The notes below the pieces were generated by a model. That model made no database searches, was not told the origin of the DNA, and was given only the letters and a program-made list of their open reading frames with translations. The translations under genes were made by a program, and so were the position numbers. Shown piece after piece: positions 61,001-64,000 of a stretch of 64,000 bases of DNA. Source of the DNA: Selaginella moellendorffii (lineage: Eukaryota > Plantae > Lycopodiophyta). Location of the stretch: the NCBI RefSeq assembly GCF_000143415.4, contig NW_003314294.1, forward strand, positions 181,402 to 245,401, in the 5' to 3' direction. Position 1 is the stretch's first letter. The number at the start of each line of letters is the position of its first letter.

Positions 61001-61666
61001 CTGCTCGACAACGGGAGGACGATCTTCGAGCAGGCCGTGAGGCAGAGCCCCGAGCTGGAGCGAAATACGGCGGTGGAGTGCGCGGTGTTTAATCTCTACG
61101 CAAAGTGTGGCAAGCTCGACGTCGCGACGGCCATGTTCGAGAGGATGGAGGCCAAGAACGCCGTGTGCTGGCATGGGATCATCGCAGCCTACGCTCACCA
61201 TGGCTACGGCATCGAGACGCTCTGGTTCTACCGTCTCTTTGAGCTCCATGGCTACAAACCGCTGGAGCCGACTTTCCTGTGCGTGTTCTTGGCGTGCGGC
61301 CACGCCGGCCTCGTCGACGAGTGTAAGTGGTACTTCCAGTCGATGATCGAGGACAGGATCACTCCAACTTTCGATCACTACTCGTGCGTTGTGACGGTTC
61401 TATCGCGCGCTGGGAAGCTGGAGGAGGCCGAGGATTTGCTCCACAGCATGCCGTTTAATCCTGGCAGCGTGGGGTGGACGAGCTTGCTGGGGGCGTGTAG
61501 AACTCACGGGGATTTGAAGCGGGCTAGGAGAGCGGCGGACGAGGCTATGGAGCTGGATCGACAGGACAGTGCTCCATACGTGCTGCTCTCCAACGTTAAC
61601 ATCTTTGCTGCGTCGGGGTGTCTGGATCATTTGCGCAAGAAAACCAAGCACAACCATCCTAAGTAA
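58100..61666 (+). CDS. Very long PLS-class PPR protein (~1190 aa), E domain, no DYW domain
   Basis: Many P-L-S triplets; C-terminal HYSCVVTVLSRAG..MPFNPGSVGWTSLLGAC; first in-frame ATG at 58100. Confidence 0.93.
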   Translation: MSFGQTRRRLLSTAIIDPPDTSLQRLARLDDDLHHLQFQSPFQVRQTYAALLKHCGNAAALPQGRRIHAHIVASGLASDGFLGDHLLQMYGKCGSVDDAIQVFHALPRRSLFSWNFIIAAFAKNRHGRKAIEMFRSMDSAGIKPDSATLSSVLGACSSLRDLEEGRRIHGRISSGEFQSGIVVETGLVKMYARCGRLREAREVFDRIENKDVICWNSMIAAYAQGGHSAQARQLCEEMEGFGVKASDTTFAGILGACSSLEEGKKIHSRALARGLSSSIIVQNALVSMYARCSRLDVARVVFDKIESKSVVSWNAMIAACARQGEAEQALQLFERMELEPNEVTFASVFNACSLLPDHREVGKRIHDRIRGSHLEANVTVATAIVTMYGKFGKVGMARQVFNGIQHKNVVSWNAMLGAYTQNNLDREALEVYHEMVAQKVQQDEVTVVIALGISASLRLLKLGIELHELSVAHGYDSNIKVQNALISMYGKCNELDAARRVFSKVRAHDVVSWTALIVAYTQHGRNREALELYKQMEGEGMEPDKVTFTSVLSACSNTNDLELGQALHARLLARKDGFSDGVLVAALINMYVKCGRLDLSSEIFQSCKDTKAVVVWNAMITAYEQEGYSRAAVDLYDMMKQRGLDPDESTLSSILSACAELKDLEKGEQVHVEIIASRDCSQNPVVLNALISMYASCGEIREAKAVFKRMKNRDVVSWTILISAYVQGGDARRALRLYRRMLVEGVQPTEVTMLAVIAACSAMESLWEGIVIHALTDSMFFTDTAVQAALISMYARCRRLDLACQVFRQVRHLESSANCWNAMLAAYSQLGLPEEGIRLYWEMSSTGIKANEGTFAGALAACSMLGAVREGYRIHEQVSSSRYSSDLSLKTALVHMYAKCNRVDAAFHVFEQLQPDVVAWNAMIAAYAQNGYAWHALELYSKMVSESNVTPDAYTITNILSVCSNARLLDNGRTIFEQAVRQSPELERNTAVECAVFNLYAKCGKLDVATAMFERMEAKNAVCWHGIIAAYAHHGYGIETLWFYRLFELHGYKPLEPTFLCVFLACGHAGLVDECKWYFQSMIEDRITPTFDHYSCVVTVLSRAGKLEEAEDLLHSMPFNPGSVGWTSLLGACRTHGDLKRARRAADEAMELDRQDSAPYVLLSNVNIFAASGCLDHLRKKTKHNHPK

Positions 61667-62149
61667 AGAAGGATAAAAATTTATGCGGTGCCAGGCGCCA
61701 TCTTGTTGGTGCGAATCTCTCGATCCCTGCATGGAAGCTGTCGGATCCGCATGAAGAAGCGGCGTTCACTACCACGACATGGGCGCCAGCCCCGGATAGG
61801 CCCCATCGTCGTCTTCCGGCACAATAAGCGCGCCAGCGGCAGCCCCAAGCTCATCTCCAATGAGCGTGTCATCACCACCATTCTTGGCCCCATCTCATGC
61901 CAACGAATTTCCCAAGATCCTCGGTGGCACCAGGTTTGGCATTGTGCCGAGCACTAGCTCCAGCACCAGCTCAAGGACAACTAGCCCAAGGCCGCCTTTC
62001 TTGCTTCCAATCCACGCTCCAGCGCCGTAGAATCTCTTCCGGGCTTGAGGTATTTCCTATACCTTTATTTCTATTGTTCCCAGGAAAACTTAAAAAGTAC
62101 AAAAAAAAAAAATTTGAATAGCAAAAATCATTTCATGTTTCCATATTTC

Positions 62150-62960
62150 CTTGCCAAGAGCCGTGCATGCAGAGCTCCAAATCGCTAGCATTGGAATAGG
62201 CACTCAGAACCGCTGGTGCCTCCATTCTATCTGCTTGTAGAGCTCTCGGTTCCTGCCGTGTTAAGTGTAGGCCACAACCAAAGCGTGAGCTCACTTTCCA
62301 GAAAACTCACCTGGCCACGTCAAGTTCGTTGGATGAGAGCCCGTTCTTGTTGGACTGAGCTCGTGAAGCTTGATCCCGAGTTTTAGCAGCTGGAGCAGCG
62401 ATCATAGTGTTCCAGGAGACCATACTCTTGTCAAACACAGCCGCCTCCCAGGTATCACCGCAACTTCACTCCCAGCAGTCTTGTGCTTCGAAAACCTCGC
62501 CAGGCCGACTCCCCCAAACTCGCCATACATGATCACCATGGCAGTGGTGGCTTCTCTTTCCAACCTCTCGATGATCCAGCAGCAAACTTCAACAAGCATT
62601 GAAAACCCTGGCAAAGGTGACTTCGTCGGGCTCTTCTTGAAGAGCACTTTCTGGGCCTCTCCTTGCCGAGCACAAGCATTGATCATAGCGTTCCAGGGGG
62701 ACCACGTTCTTGTCAAACACAGCCGCCTAGAGCACCGCGCTCACAAGTGCGATCTGATATGCCCGCCCTGGGAATATGTAGTGATCATCGAGTTCCACCA
62801 TATCACATTGTTGTTCTCGATCTGCCTCTTGCAGCCCACGGGGGGCAAACAGCATGAAGTCGGCGGGATTCGCACTGATCATGCCTGCTCTTGATGAATG
62901 CTGCGATGATGAAGTTCCAGAAGTGGTTCTTCACGATGGCGTCGTTGACATATGAGCATA
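62150..62960 (-). pseudogene. Inverted, heavily deleted copy of the 5' half of the adjacent PPR gene
   Basis: Reverse-complement matches to ~58370-59810, e.g. FWNFIIAAF and WNAMI.ACARQGEA. Confidence 0.83.
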
Positions 62961-64000
62961 CTGATTCGGAAGAATCTACTCTAGAATATACCTGTTTTCT
63001 ATGAAGCATATTCTTCATTGTCTTTTCCTAATACAGTCTATTCCACTAAATAAAGAGCCCTTTAGACAAACCACATACTATAAAATTAGGAAAGTAAATT
63101 AATACTAAATTATCCACTTTATACTTTGTAAGTGGATGATGATAGGAGTTGTAGTTTCGTTATCCATGTATACATGGCTTAAGTATTCAATAACTTTACT
63201 CAAAGTAGTGGATGGATGCTCATCAAATACAAATCCCAAGACTTAGCATTAGCAGCTTGTAGGAATCGCAAAGGTAAACTTAAGTCCATTAATAGTATTA
63301 TATTATGACCATATAAATTTTTTTATAGTGAGGCACTAATAAAACTTTGTACTTTTGTGACATATATATATCGAAAAGATGGTAAATAACCATTCTAATT
63401 TGATTGTTGAAAGTTTATGTCCTTCACAATCATCCCTTAAAATTGAAACACATTTGGGCTAACACAACTTTAAAACTAATATCAAAAACATCCACACAAT
63501 TAGGATACATCAAAACTAAAGGAGTCATTAATAACTCCTTTGTGATGCAGAAATGCCCATTTAAAGTCATTAGACTAAATAAAAGATGGTGCTTTAGCAA
63601 TAGTCACAATAGTGCAGTACGATTAAAAATATGATCAATAAATAACTAAATTATTGCACATTTCTCAAGAACTATTGCATATTATTCATATATTTATAGT
63701 GAATAAACTCTATAATCCTTGGTTCTCCCAGCAGCTACACTGCTAATTTGGTAGACTATATCTACAACCACAATATTATCCAAAACACTCATAAATAATG
63801 TATATTTCTACCCTTAAATTTGAAATTGTATATATTGAGCATCCATGTATGTGTTTCCTCTTGTGGAGCATCCATGGATGAAGATATCCATTTGTGGCAC
63901 ACAATATAAGTAGATGACTAATTACCTCACATGGAATAGCTAATGTATACAATAGAAGAATTGGTAAATTATGAAAATAGAGGTGTTAGTTCCCCTTGGC

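Overview
Compact plant nuclear DNA with many 45-70 nt introns, PLS-class PPR genes and a cilium-related gene. This fits the lycophyte Selaginella (inferred, not verified). About 17 intact protein genes: GSH1, GDSL lipase, DGK, MFSD12-like transporter, PIH1D3/DNAAF6-like, mTERF, three PPRs, DiT1, CCDC130/CWC16, TIM44, a ChuX/HutX-like protein, a LIM protein, a macrodomain protein, a papain protease and a secreted bulb-lectin fusion. Also present are tRNA-Ser(UGA), a MIR166 hairpin, several duplicated pseudogene fragments and a three-layer nest of Ty3/gypsy LTR retrotransposons (about 15.4-27.2 kb). The most striking observation is in the young chromoviral element (18218-25767). It carries two clean GT-AG introns of host size (47 and 52 nt), and possibly a third GC-AG intron, inside integrase/chromodomain. 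Splicing is needed to produce the catalytic Glu and the chromodomain, yet the introns were apparently copied through retrotransposition. The same element has a hairpin-rich 3' UTR with two tRNA T-arm/B-box mimics. All homology calls come from recognising motifs by eye; no searches were run.
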